The position numbers and the translations under genes are program-made. The notes under the pieces were generated by a model. The model was given only the letters and a program-made list of their open reading frames with translations. It made no database searches and was not told where the DNA came from. DNA of 28,441 bases from Thermoplasmatota archaeon (GTDB lineage: Archaea > Thermoplasmatota > Penumbrarchaeia > Penumbrarchaeales > Penumbrarchaeaceae). The stretch lies in assembly GCA_030591285.1 (NCBI GenBank), contig JAUVBH010000001.1, positions 1 through 28,441 of the forward strand, given 5' to 3'. Positions 1 through 8,623 of the stretch are shown here, one piece after another; the stretch's first letter is position 1, and every line of letters starts with the position of its first letter.

Positions 1-165
1 GGAGAGGGTTACGATCCTTTCTGGATATTCCTCTATAGAAACTTCTGCACCCAATGGGTCGGTAAACTTCATATCACCGTCCTGACCCGTATCTCCTATG
101 CACCCTGCAATTATTCCCACAGGAACCAACAATAAAACTGCAAATATCCATTTCCATTCTTTCAT
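1..165 (-). CDS. ABC transporter substrate-binding lipoprotein, iron-siderophore/cobalamin (BtuF/FepB-like) class; runs off the window edge
   Basis: Not in the ORF track. Hand translation from ATG at 165: MKEWKWIFAVLLLVPVGIIAGCIGDTGQDGDMKFTDPLGAEVSIEEYPERIVTLS. It has a lipobox IAGC, the 'FTDxLGxEVxIxxxPERIVxLS' N-terminus typical of class III periplasmic binding proteins, and an RBS GGAGTGGG upstream (+ strand 171-178). Confidence 0.85.
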   Translation of the reverse strand, partial: MKEWKWIFAVLLLVPVGIIAGCIGDTGQDGDMKFTDPLGAEVSIEEYPERIVTLS

Positions 166-203
166 CTCGGCCCACTCCTATATTAATCCAGATTTAGCAT
201 AAC

Positions 204-238
204 TCAAGTAAACTTTATTTATGTAAAGTAAACTTTAT
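204..238. promoter_or_regulatory. Tandem palindromic operator-like sites (TAAAGT-AA-ACTTTA) between divergent genes
   Basis: Perfect palindrome TAAAGTAAACTTTA at 224-237 and a one-mismatch copy TCAAGTAAACTTTA at 204-217. The 13-bp direct repeat AAGTAAACTTTAT occurs at 206-218 and 226-238, a 20-bp period. Confidence 0.65.
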
Positions 239-277
239 GCATAAGCGGACTTTGATATAATATCTTTTCCCGGAGGG

Positions 278-1087
278 ATGGTTATGGAACTGATCAAGAA
301 GAAGAGCAACCTTACCCGAATGTTGATCCTCAGAGAGCTTGTGATAGAAGAGCCCAAGGACCAGAGGTCAATTGCAGATAACATAGACATCACCCCACAA
401 GCTGTTTCAGAATATCTGAAACTGATGAAAGAAGCGGGATTGGTGGATCTTGGGACCCGACCTCCTAAAGCGACCGTTAGAGGTGTCGACCTTCTTCAAA
501 GGGACCTTCTTCAATTGAAGGATTTCATAGATCGGTCCATTGATGGTCTTGAGATCGTAAGATCTACAGATGCTATTGCAGCATCAAACATAAAAAAAGG
601 AGACAGGTTGAGGACATTCTTGGATAACGGTTTGCTGTATTGCAAAGCTGGAGAGGGCGGCCCCTCGACCGGGATCGCAGATAATGATGGAAACCGTGGT
701 GACATCGTTATGATATCAGGATTATCTGGCGTTATAACCATGCCAGAAGTGAAAATGGCAGCCATTGAGATAATACCAGCTCGTCAAGGGGGAGGATCCT
801 TGAGGATCAGCAAAAAGACAATTGAGAAAGCTGTTCTTGAATGTTCCATGGGAGATCAGTTCCGAATAGCTGTGCTCGATCAGGAGGCAGCTTCTCTGAT
901 GAAGCGCAGTATGTTGGCATATGATCTTGAGATCCCCCGGGCCCCTACTCTCAAAGAGACCTTGCAGCGGGGTTTGTCATTGTTGTGTATCGGTACACCC
1001 CACACCGTATCAAAGATCCTGACCTCACAGGAGATCTCATCTTTAGATGTTGAAACCTGCAGGTTAGATCTGTCTAAGTTGGTTTGA
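278..1087 (+). CDS. Archaeal winged-HTH transcriptional regulator (COG1497-like, MarR-type N-terminus)
   Basis: HTH 'QRSIADNIDITPQAVSEYLKLMKEAGLV' plus the conserved-looking C-terminal segment 'AIAASNIKKGDRL..FLDNGLLY'. The start may be ATG 284 (RBS GGAGGG at 272-277). Confidence 0.8.
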   Translation: MVMELIKKKSNLTRMLILRELVIEEPKDQRSIADNIDITPQAVSEYLKLMKEAGLVDLGTRPPKATVRGVDLLQRDLLQLKDFIDRSIDGLEIVRSTDAIAASNIKKGDRLRTFLDNGLLYCKAGEGGPSTGIADNDGNRGDIVMISGLSGVITMPEVKMAAIEIIPARQGGGSLRISKKTIEKAVLECSMGDQFRIAVLDQEAASLMKRSMLAYDLEIPRAPTLKETLQRGLSLLCIGTPHTVSKILTSQEISSLDVETCRLDLSKLV

Positions 1088-1128
1088 TAGAGAAAAACCA
1101 TTTCTATGACGATGTACTACGATTTTCC

Positions 1129-2772
1129 ATGAACGGGGATATGGGTAGAAGGATCGCAATGCTTTCCCTCTTTATCGTTGCATTCATGGTTATTACATCT
1201 TCAGTGGGGTCTTCCCAATCAAAAACAGATCCCATTGAGGTTGATGATTATCAGACCTTGCTGGAAATGAAGGATGAGGGGACCGGCAGGTTTGGATCAT
1301 TGGATACCGGTTCATTTGTTGTATTCGAAGACAAGGTCTCGCAGGTCGTTGAATACACCGAAGTATCAAATTCCGGTGGTGTCGAGATCCAACTTCAGAA
1401 GACAAGGATCTATCTATCTTCATCCGAGGATGCAACCGGATATCCTGAACCCCTTCAATTCCATGGGACCGATTATGATGAGAGCTTGAGGTCAGGAGCA
1501 GAGGTTCGGATCACAATTCAGATCAAGGAGATCCCAGAGGGTAATAGAACTATTCAGGTCCTGGACACCACAAATGGATTGGTTGAGCTGATAAAGCAGG
1601 GCAAGGATGATGGAGTGAAGACCGAGGATGACATTGAAGTATTCGGGATGAACATTCCCACCACATTCCTTCCAAAAGCTTACCGGACAGACCTGGTACG
1701 TTTCCTTCTGGTCTTTGCGATCTGGGCCATTGGAACCGTTATCATGTGGTTCTTAGTAATGGCTGCAATGAAGATAACGAAAAAGACGAAGATCGATGTT
1801 GACCATAAGATCCTGAGTATTATTGCCGGTCCATTTTTCGTTATTTTATTGTTCTATGGATTGATAATCTCTCTGTCGCAGTTCGATCTGGACAAGAGGT
1901 TCATAGAGATCCTCGATATGCTTTATCGGTCTGTCACCATCGTGATCATCGCCTATATTGCCATCAAAGTGTTCAAACAAGTAATACTCGTTTATCTGAA
2001 GGTCCTCTCGGCAAAGACCGAAACCCAGGCAGATGATGTACTTGTTCCTGTGATGGGCAAGCTTATCACCGTTGTGATCTGGGCTATTGCAATAATCATG
2101 TTCCTCCGGGTATTCGGGATCGATGTTACCGTATTCATAGCTGGCATGGGGATCATCGGATTGGTGATCGCTTTTGCAGCGCAGGATACCCTCTCTAATT
2201 TCTTTGCCGGCATCATGATCCTCTTGGATCGCCCTTTCAAGGAGGATGATTGGATCGAGATGGAAGGATCGACCTACCAGGTAAAGAAGATAGGATTACG
2301 TTCAACGAGACTCCTCCATTCCATCTCGAATCAGCTGGTGACAATACCAAATAACAGGATATCTGACCATATCTTCTCCAACCTGAGCGAGCCAAACTAT
2401 CTTGGTAGAAAAACCGTGACCGTGGGAGTGGGATATCAGCATGAACCAAAGAAGATAGGAGAGTTGTTGATAGATGTTGTACGTTCTCATCCGGATACCT
2501 TTGAGGATGAAGAGCATAAACCACTTTACAGGTTCAATACCTTCGGAGATTCATCTTTGGACTTTGCAGTTACATTCTGGGTAAAGGATTTCAATGATCA
2601 GTGGAGAGTTGCCTCTGAGCTCAGAGAACGAATATATGACAAGTTCGAAAGTGAAGGTATCGAGATCCCATATCCACAGCATGTATTACACATATCTGGA
2701 AAAGGTGAACCGGATGAAGTTCCCATCACTGCAAAACCGAAAGTGGGTGAAATGCAGAACCTGAGTCCGTGA
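1129..2772 (+). CDS. mscS: Small-conductance mechanosensitive channel with an N-terminal signal peptide and extracellular domain
   Basis: MscS signature 'GLVIAFAAQDTLSNFFAGIMILLDRPFKEDDWI', 'IGLRSTRL', 'FNTFGDSSLDF' and 'GIEIPYPQ'. The ORF track starts at TTG 1084; ATG 1129 gives a cleaner signal peptide. Confidence 0.93.
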   Translation: MNGDMGRRIAMLSLFIVAFMVITSSVGSSQSKTDPIEVDDYQTLLEMKDEGTGRFGSLDTGSFVVFEDKVSQVVEYTEVSNSGGVEIQLQKTRIYLSSSEDATGYPEPLQFHGTDYDESLRSGAEVRITIQIKEIPEGNRTIQVLDTTNGLVELIKQGKDDGVKTEDDIEVFGMNIPTTFLPKAYRTDLVRFLLVFAIWAIGTVIMWFLVMAAMKITKKTKIDVDHKILSIIAGPFFVILLFYGLIISLSQFDLDKRFIEILDMLYRSVTIVIIAYIAIKVFKQVILVYLKVLSAKTETQADDVLVPVMGKLITVVIWAIAIIMFLRVFGIDVTVFIAGMGIIGLVIAFAAQDTLSNFFAGIMILLDRPFKEDDWIEMEGSTYQVKKIGLRSTRLLHSISNQLVTIPNNRISDHIFSNLSEPNYLGRKTVTVGVGYQHEPKKIGELLIDVVRSHPDTFEDEEHKPLYRFNTFGDSSLDFAVTFWVKDFNDQWRVASELRERIYDKFESEGIEIPYPQHVLHISGKGEPDEVPITAKPKVGEMQNLSP

Positions 2773-2785
2773 ACCACACCAGACC

Positions 2786-3394
2786 TCATTCATCACTTGA
2801 GGGGTGAGGGGCGTTGTGATTGTAGGAATCATCGGAATAACGGCCATTCACGGTGATATGGTACCAGTCGTAGAAAGGCACATCAGAGGCTTGACTTGCA
2901 GTTCCGTTGCCGATCACCCTAAGTGACCAAAGACCCGTTTCTGCACCCTCTATCTGGTCGATCATCTCTGCTGTTTGAAAACTCCCGACAGCAGGTGCAA
3001 CATAGGTTTTATGGGATCTCAATTGGCCCCCCTCATCCTCCGAGATGAAGTAAAGGCTCACATCGATGACCCTAATAAACTCGATCTGTCTTTCGGCATC
3101 ATCTCCAAAAATGATCTGGCCCCAGATATTAAGATCTCCCCCCCCCTCTCCAATATGGAAGTTATCAACAGAGAAATGCTCCTCTTGAGTCAGGACCTGG
3201 ACACTGTCACCGAACCCTCCGGTGAAATTATGGCGTACTTCTGCAATGGTCCCCTGTTTGAACCCGATCACTGTGTCATCTCTGGGAAAGAATACCCTCC
3301 TTGTGGAATTCAGATCGATACAACCTGACATGGTGACTAGGGGGATGATCAGAACGATCAGCATGAACAATGATACGGGAACCCTGCTTTTCAC
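2786..3394 (-). CDS. Hypothetical lipoprotein
   Basis: From GTG 3394: MKSRVPVSLFMLIVLIIPLVTMSGC (n-region, h-region, lipobox SGC). A TATA box TTTAATAA starts 31 nt upstream at 3425 on the minus strand. The ORF track extends to 3436. Confidence 0.75.
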   Translation of the reverse strand: MKSRVPVSLFMLIVLIIPLVTMSGCIDLNSTRRVFFPRDDTVIGFKQGTIAEVRHNFTGGFGDSVQVLTQEEHFSVDNFHIGEGGGDLNIWGQIIFGDDAERQIEFIRVIDVSLYFISEDEGGQLRSHKTYVAPAVGSFQTAEMIDQIEGAETGLWSLRVIGNGTASQASDVPFYDWYHITVNGRYSDDSYNHNAPHPSSDE

Positions 3395-3448
3395 ATTCAG
3401 GTATACTGCATGGGTGTTTATTAAAGATTTCAACAAACAATGAAAAGA

Positions 3449-4735
3449 TCAATTCACTTTTAGGTAGGGATCTCTACCCTTGAGAGGCATGGTTGCATCC
3501 ATACCCATCTTCGATGTGGTGTGGTCTTTGGGGTTTGCCGATGGGTCAAGGGTCGATCCTCTTACATTTTCGAGTATCACCATGTCCCTGTTGGCCTGGA
3601 ATCTGGTTGATAGGGCCCATTCGACCTCTATATCATTGAAGATGTCCACATCTTGATCCACTACAATGACCCTTTTCATGGAAGGATGACCTTTGAATGC
3701 AGCAGCTATCGCTTTCTTTCCATCATCCTCTTCCTGTTTTGTTATTGAGACAACTCCGTGAAGCCAACAGCAACCCCCCTCCGTCAACCTGACCCCATGG
3801 ACCAGGGGGACGGTCTTTCGAACGGATCGAATAATTGCCGGCTCTTTGGGAAGCCCCATCATCATGTAATGTTCAAATCCTCCTGGAAGTAGGACATGGA
3901 CCATTGGATCATTTCTTATCAGTGCTTTGTCCACCTGGAATACTGGTTCACCAGGGTCCATACCTGAGAGATCAACAGTGGAAGTAATGTCAACGAAAGG
4001 ACCTTCCGGGACCTTCTCATCGGTGAATTTACCGTAAAGCACGACCTCGGTCCCTTTCGGGGCCTTCGCCCCATCTGGATCATTTACGGGAGAGAAGAGT
4101 TGAATAGGAGACCCATTGGCTTTGTTATGGAGGGCGGAAGCCACCTTCATCTCGTCTTCGCCGAAGGGGAGTGAAATAGAACCCGCCAACAGTGCCGCTG
4201 GATCCGTCCCCATCGACACTACAGCTTGAAGCTGTTTACCTTTTTTCTCAGCTTCCTTCAATAGTGCATTCAGATGTCTGGGAACCACTCTTATCGCAAA
4301 CTTGTCCCCGCCCAGATACATCATCCTGTGGAAGGAGAGGTTGAACCGATCATCGATCCCGGCATGGAAAATGCCTGAAGTTACATATGGCCCCCCATCA
4401 GAGCGGTAATAAGTTGGGAAGGGGATGTCCTCAACTGCAACCTCTTGATAATATGCAGGCATCTCGATGGTCTCATATTGGGTGGGGCCCTCCATTGCGG
4501 TCAGTATCGTATCTGGGATCGCATCCACATCGACACCTAGGGCCTTTGCCATGGAATCTCTCGTTGAGATCGCATTCCCGGCCAACCTGAATCCTTTATG
4601 CCCTTTAGCAGGGGCTACCCATGGAGTATTCTGATCATCGGCCGATACCTCTGATGCTTCCAGATAGGGGTCGATCTCCCTTTGAATGGTCCTTGTTATA
4701 CTGCTTTGAAGAAGCTCTCTGAACTCCATCGTCAT
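3449..4735 (-). CDS. ubiD: UbiD-family prFMN-dependent decarboxylase, probably of the archaeal anhydromevalonate-phosphate decarboxylase type
   Basis: Motifs 'FHRMM', 'EGPFVDIT', 'HPSMKRVIVVDQDVDIF..EVEWALSTRFQ' and 'GSTLDPS...TSKMGMDAT'. RBS GGTGA at 4745-4741 favours a start at 4735 or 4729 rather than 4771. Confidence 0.9.
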   Translation of the reverse strand: MTMEFRELLQSSITRTIQREIDPYLEASEVSADDQNTPWVAPAKGHKGFRLAGNAISTRDSMAKALGVDVDAIPDTILTAMEGPTQYETIEMPAYYQEVAVEDIPFPTYYRSDGGPYVTSGIFHAGIDDRFNLSFHRMMYLGGDKFAIRVVPRHLNALLKEAEKKGKQLQAVVSMGTDPAALLAGSISLPFGEDEMKVASALHNKANGSPIQLFSPVNDPDGAKAPKGTEVVLYGKFTDEKVPEGPFVDITSTVDLSGMDPGEPVFQVDKALIRNDPMVHVLLPGGFEHYMMMGLPKEPAIIRSVRKTVPLVHGVRLTEGGCCWLHGVVSITKQEEDDGKKAIAAAFKGHPSMKRVIVVDQDVDIFNDIEVEWALSTRFQANRDMVILENVRGSTLDPSANPKDHTTSKMGMDATMPLKGRDPYLKVN

Positions 4736-4845
4736 ACCCATCACCCTTACCTTTGTCCCCAATGATAACATTATCGAATACCACTTTATACCTGTGACTT
4801 CTAGAAACGTATATATTTTTCAAGGGCTTTCGGTCGCTGATACGC

Positions 4846-5250
4846 ATGGTCCAGAGAACACGACTTTTAGAATGTCCTGACTGCAAAAAGCAGTTGGAAG
4901 ACACCAAGCAGGAGAATATCACCTGTAAATTCTGCGGTTTTGCCTTCCGTAGGCTTGATGTGGTCCAGGAAGATGAGGACTACATCCGCAGGAAGATGAT
5001 CGTAGAGCTCAGGACAGATATGGAGATCTACAAGGCCAGGAAGAAGTTTTCAACCATTTTTATGGTGATATCCTTTGTGCTGGCGATCCCGATTCTGTTC
5101 AGCCTACCATTCGAAGCCCTGCATTGGATAACGCTCGGTCTCGTCCTTGGAGGCGGCTTTACTTTCTTCCTTCTGATGCTCCTATGGGATAAAAGGTACG
5201 AAAACAGCAGGAGCCAGGCAAGTGACATTTCTATGAGGAGGAGATTGTAG
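4846..5250 (+). CDS. Zinc-ribbon membrane protein (CxxC..CxxC plus two TM helices)
   Basis: CPDC and CKFC followed by two hydrophobic segments; TATATATT at 4810. Confidence 0.75.
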   Translation: MVQRTRLLECPDCKKQLEDTKQENITCKFCGFAFRRLDVVQEDEDYIRRKMIVELRTDMEIYKARKKFSTIFMVISFVLAIPILFSLPFEALHWITLGLVLGGGFTFFLLMLLWDKRYENSRSQASDISMRRRL

Positions 5251-5259
5251 GTGATTATC

Positions 5260-8200
5260 ATGATGAAGACAAGACCAGTTTATATCACAGCACTTCTCAT
5301 GCTTGTAATATTGATATCATCATCTTTCGCGGTCCTAATGGACACAGAAGGTCCTGGACAAGGGGTGACTGCAACTCCTACCCGGGTAGCTGGTGAGAGT
5401 CTTGAGATCGAGAACATGACCTATACCGTTAGCTACCTTACTGGTGCTGAGGAATGGGACACTGTCTGGATCCGGGACAACGCGGCCCTCATCATCGAGG
5501 GCAGCACGCTCAGGGCCAAGAGGGTCATTTGTCGTGGAGACACCTTCAACACAACCTTCAAGATGATGGGCCATGAGGGAACTCAGGCACTTCTTTCAGT
5601 AACTGAAGGTATTGTGAATATCAATGCCGATACCATCGATATTTCAGGGTCGAGGATAACAGTGACCAATGGAACATCAACTTTGCCAAATGGTGAGGAC
5701 GGAGGCAATGGAGAGATCTCCTTGTTCTCCAAATCATCTGACCTCAATATCGTTGATAGCGAGCTGAATGTCCGGGCCCATAATGGAGGTCTTGGAGAGA
5801 GCGCAAAGTTCGGGGGGGATGGTGGGGATGCTTACATCTTCGTTGGATCCAATATCTCCAAGAAGAGTAATATACTCATCTCCGAGACAGATATAATTGT
5901 AGAGGGAGGACAGGGAGGAAATGGATATGTCCCTAACTCTGGAGCGGGTTCTGGTGGGAACACTGAACTTGATATAATGGGTCATGCAACGACCATACTG
6001 AAATCAAACCTTCTAACCAAGGGAGGAAAGGCTGGCGCTCATGCTGAGGCAAATCCGGGTGAATACGGCGGAAATTCGAAAATGAACATCAACTCCATCT
6101 ATGACACCACAATTCATTCAACTGAGATGGAATCGATGGTCGGTATCAATACGAATCTTGATCAGCCGAGGCAATCTTTTATCTTCATAAAATCCAAAGA
6201 AAGGAAGGTCTATTGGGACCATGATAAACCTGATGAGGAGAAGATGATCGTAGTTTCCAATGTCACAGCAAACACTGTAAATATTGACAGTAACACCGGT
6301 GCAGAGCTTCATCAGGTAAATACTGGCGACGACCCCCCTCAACCACTTGGAAGCGGGGTATTAAAATTATTCTGGTGGGCACGTATTAGTGTAACTGATG
6401 CATTGAACGGAGATTCTCTGAGGGATGCTTCGGTAACATATATGGTCGATCCAGATCCTCTCCCATACCCAAGGGACGGATCCCTCCTTACCACCGATGA
6501 CAATGGAAGACTTGATATCGAGGTCATTGCCAGGGAGAATCAGGATTGGAAAAAGCACACATTCAAAGCAGAGATCCTGGGTGGTGCCTCAGACACGTCG
6601 GATCAGTATAGGTTCGATCAAAACAGTAATGAGGAAATACCGATCTTGATAACCAGAATGACCTTGGATTTCGTTCAACCAGCAGATTTTAACGAACCAC
6701 AGGGTGGAACGTTCAGGATCCGGGGGACAGCAACTCCTGGAAACCAGCGCAATGAGATGTTGAACGTTAGTCTATATCTTGACGATGAATTGATAGGATA
6801 TGCTGAAGATGAAGCCGAGGAAGGAGCACCCCCTTACAATACATGGTCCCTGCTCTGGAACTCTGATCCGATACCAAATGGGATCTACACTTTGTCTGTC
6901 ATTGGAACAGATTCAGCATATCAGGTCAGGTATGACAAAACAATAAAGATCAATCATTTTGTCGTGAACCACCCTCCGGAATTCTTCCTATGTGTCATCA
7001 GTGATCCAACTGGAGCATATGAGGTTCATCCAGATGGTAGTACTGATATTCATGTCAATCAAGGTGAATCCATTATCTCCTTCAATGTCGAGGCATATGA
7101 TAGGGATATGTTGTCGGATCTACTTCAGCTGGGTAGGAAGGTGATCAAATCCACAATTGATATTGTTCACGTACCTACCGGTTCAGTAGTTCTCGACGAT
7201 AAGGTCATTGGAGAGGATGATATTGAAAAGATCAACCTCACAGGTGGTTATGGATTTTTATTTGAGATCGATGCAAATAAGAGACCTGGTACCGACGAAC
7301 CCTACAAGGAGGGAGAATACAAAGTGATCTTCCGATTGGAGGATGACGGTGGTTTGATCTCTGAAGTGGCTTCCATCGGCTTCGATCTCTACTTTGATTT
7401 CTACCCCAGAATTGTGATATACATCGATGGCACCCCTGCTATCAGACCGGGTGTTGACAGGGAGTTCCCTGAGGAATCATTTGTTGTATCCACAGTGAAA
7501 AGTCACACTTTTACCGCTAAGTTCAATTTCACAGACTCTTCCGACCGCGATGACCCCCTTTGGTCCAGCGATCCAACCAAGGACCGCTCATGGGCAAATC
7601 TGAAATTCACATTCGAGGTAATGGATCCGGATGGAAATAGGGAAGTCGTCTACGGTCCTGACAAGAAGGGAGCGGGATTCAACTATGATTTCGATGTATC
7701 AAATATTAAATCCGGAGAACAGGGAATATTCACCCTTATGATATCCTGCAAGGACAGCGAGGGTCTGGAATCCGAGCTCAGATTGAAGATGAGGGTTACA
7801 CACGACCCTCCTCCAGAGGATCTGAATGTATTCCTACAACCCTGGGGGATCCCATTTGGAGTCTTCAGTTACGTTTTCCTGGTTCTTTTCGTTCTCATGT
7901 TCGTCGCTTACCTGGTGATGTTCTTCCTTATTCAGAAGAAAAATTTGAAGGATAAGGATGACAAGATGACCCTCCTTGAGAAAAAGAAGAAGGAAGAGGA
8001 CAAGGAGAAAGGATCCTCTGCCATTGAGGATGAATTCACCGGAGGCAGAACTCAGGATGCAAGTAATTATCTAAAGAAATTTGGTGGAGACAAGGGCAAG
8101 GATGATTTTGCAAAGGAACTTGAAGCAGCCCAGGTAAAAGGTGCTGTTCAGGGAGGTCCGATCCCTCAGGAGAAACCTCCAGAAGTAAAACCACCCGAAC

Positions 8201-8469
8201 CACCGAAAGCACAGCAGGCACCTATTGTTCCCCAGCAAGCCCCACCAAGACCAACACCACCTCCAGCACAACAACCACCTGCTGCACCCTCAGTTCCTCG
8301 GCAACAACCCCCGACACAAGCAGCACCTCGTCCACCAACACCGGTAGCACCACCTGTGGCACCTCCACAGCCTGCCGCACCAGTGGCGCCACCACAGCCT
8401 CAACAGGCCCCACCGACACCTCAACCACCCGCAGCGCCGACTCCACCCAAACCACCACAGCCACAATAG
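5260..8469 (+). CDS. Large cell-surface protein: signal peptide, Gly-rich beta-solenoid-like region, Ig-like domains, TM anchor, Pro/Gln-rich cytoplasmic tail
   Basis: RBS AGGTGA at 5249-5254 before ATG 5260; hydrophobic N-terminus; repeated GxxGGxGG turns; TM 'FGVFSYVFLVLFVLMFVAYLVMFFLI' followed by a Lys-rich stop-transfer segment and a P/Q/A tail. Confidence 0.85.
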   Translation: MMKTRPVYITALLMLVILISSSFAVLMDTEGPGQGVTATPTRVAGESLEIENMTYTVSYLTGAEEWDTVWIRDNAALIIEGSTLRAKRVICRGDTFNTTFKMMGHEGTQALLSVTEGIVNINADTIDISGSRITVTNGTSTLPNGEDGGNGEISLFSKSSDLNIVDSELNVRAHNGGLGESAKFGGDGGDAYIFVGSNISKKSNILISETDIIVEGGQGGNGYVPNSGAGSGGNTELDIMGHATTILKSNLLTKGGKAGAHAEANPGEYGGNSKMNINSIYDTTIHSTEMESMVGINTNLDQPRQSFIFIKSKERKVYWDHDKPDEEKMIVVSNVTANTVNIDSNTGAELHQVNTGDDPPQPLGSGVLKLFWWARISVTDALNGDSLRDASVTYMVDPDPLPYPRDGSLLTTDDNGRLDIEVIARENQDWKKHTFKAEILGGASDTSDQYRFDQNSNEEIPILITRMTLDFVQPADFNEPQGGTFRIRGTATPGNQRNEMLNVSLYLDDELIGYAEDEAEEGAPPYNTWSLLWNSDPIPNGIYTLSVIGTDSAYQVRYDKTIKINHFVVNHPPEFFLCVISDPTGAYEVHPDGSTDIHVNQGESIISFNVEAYDRDMLSDLLQLGRKVIKSTIDIVHVPTGSVVLDDKVIGEDDIEKINLTGGYGFLFEIDANKRPGTDEPYKEGEYKVIFRLEDDGGLISEVASIGFDLYFDFYPRIVIYIDGTPAIRPGVDREFPEESFVVSTVKSHTFTAKFNFTDSSDRDDPLWSSDPTKDRSWANLKFTFEVMDPDGNREVVYGPDKKGAGFNYDFDVSNIKSGEQGIFTLMISCKDSEGLESELRLKMRVTHDPPPEDLNVFLQPWGIPFGVFSYVFLVLFVLMFVAYLVMFFLIQKKNLKDKDDKMTLLEKKKKEEDKEKGSSAIEDEFTGGRTQDASNYLKKFGGDKGKDDFAKELEAAQVKGAVQGGPIPQEKPPEVKPPEPPKAQQAPIVPQQAPPRPTPPPAQQPPAAPSVPRQQPPTQAAPRPPTPVAPPVAPPQPAAPVAPPQPQQAPPTPQPPAAPTPPKPPQPQ

Positions 8470-8483
8470 TGAAACGGGTGAAC

Positions 8484-8530
8484 AGGGGGGGGGAACCAAA
8501 ACCCCCCCCCCCTCTTTTTTTCTTATTTTT
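8484..8530 (+). terminator. G9/C11 stem-loop followed by T-tracts
   Basis: A-G9 (8484-8493), loop AACCAAAA, C11-T (8502-8513), then TTTTTTT (8515-8521) and a further T5 run, starting 14 nt after the stop of the upstream gene. Confidence 0.7.
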
Positions 8531-8623
8531 CAGAACATAAGGTTAATAATCCTTACTTCAATATTCAGTTAGACTTTGAGGATTCTGTAACAGTTAGATC
8601 GATCCTCGCAGGTGGTTAATTTC

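Noticed and set aside
5248-5262. TAG directly followed in frame by the 1072-aa ORF, suggesting pyrrolysine read-through fusing it to the zinc-ribbon protein
   Set aside because: An RBS (AGGTGA) overlaps the stop and points to ATG 5260 with a normal signal peptide. In-frame adjacency has a 1-in-3 chance, TAG ends several other genes here normally, and no pyl genes are in view.
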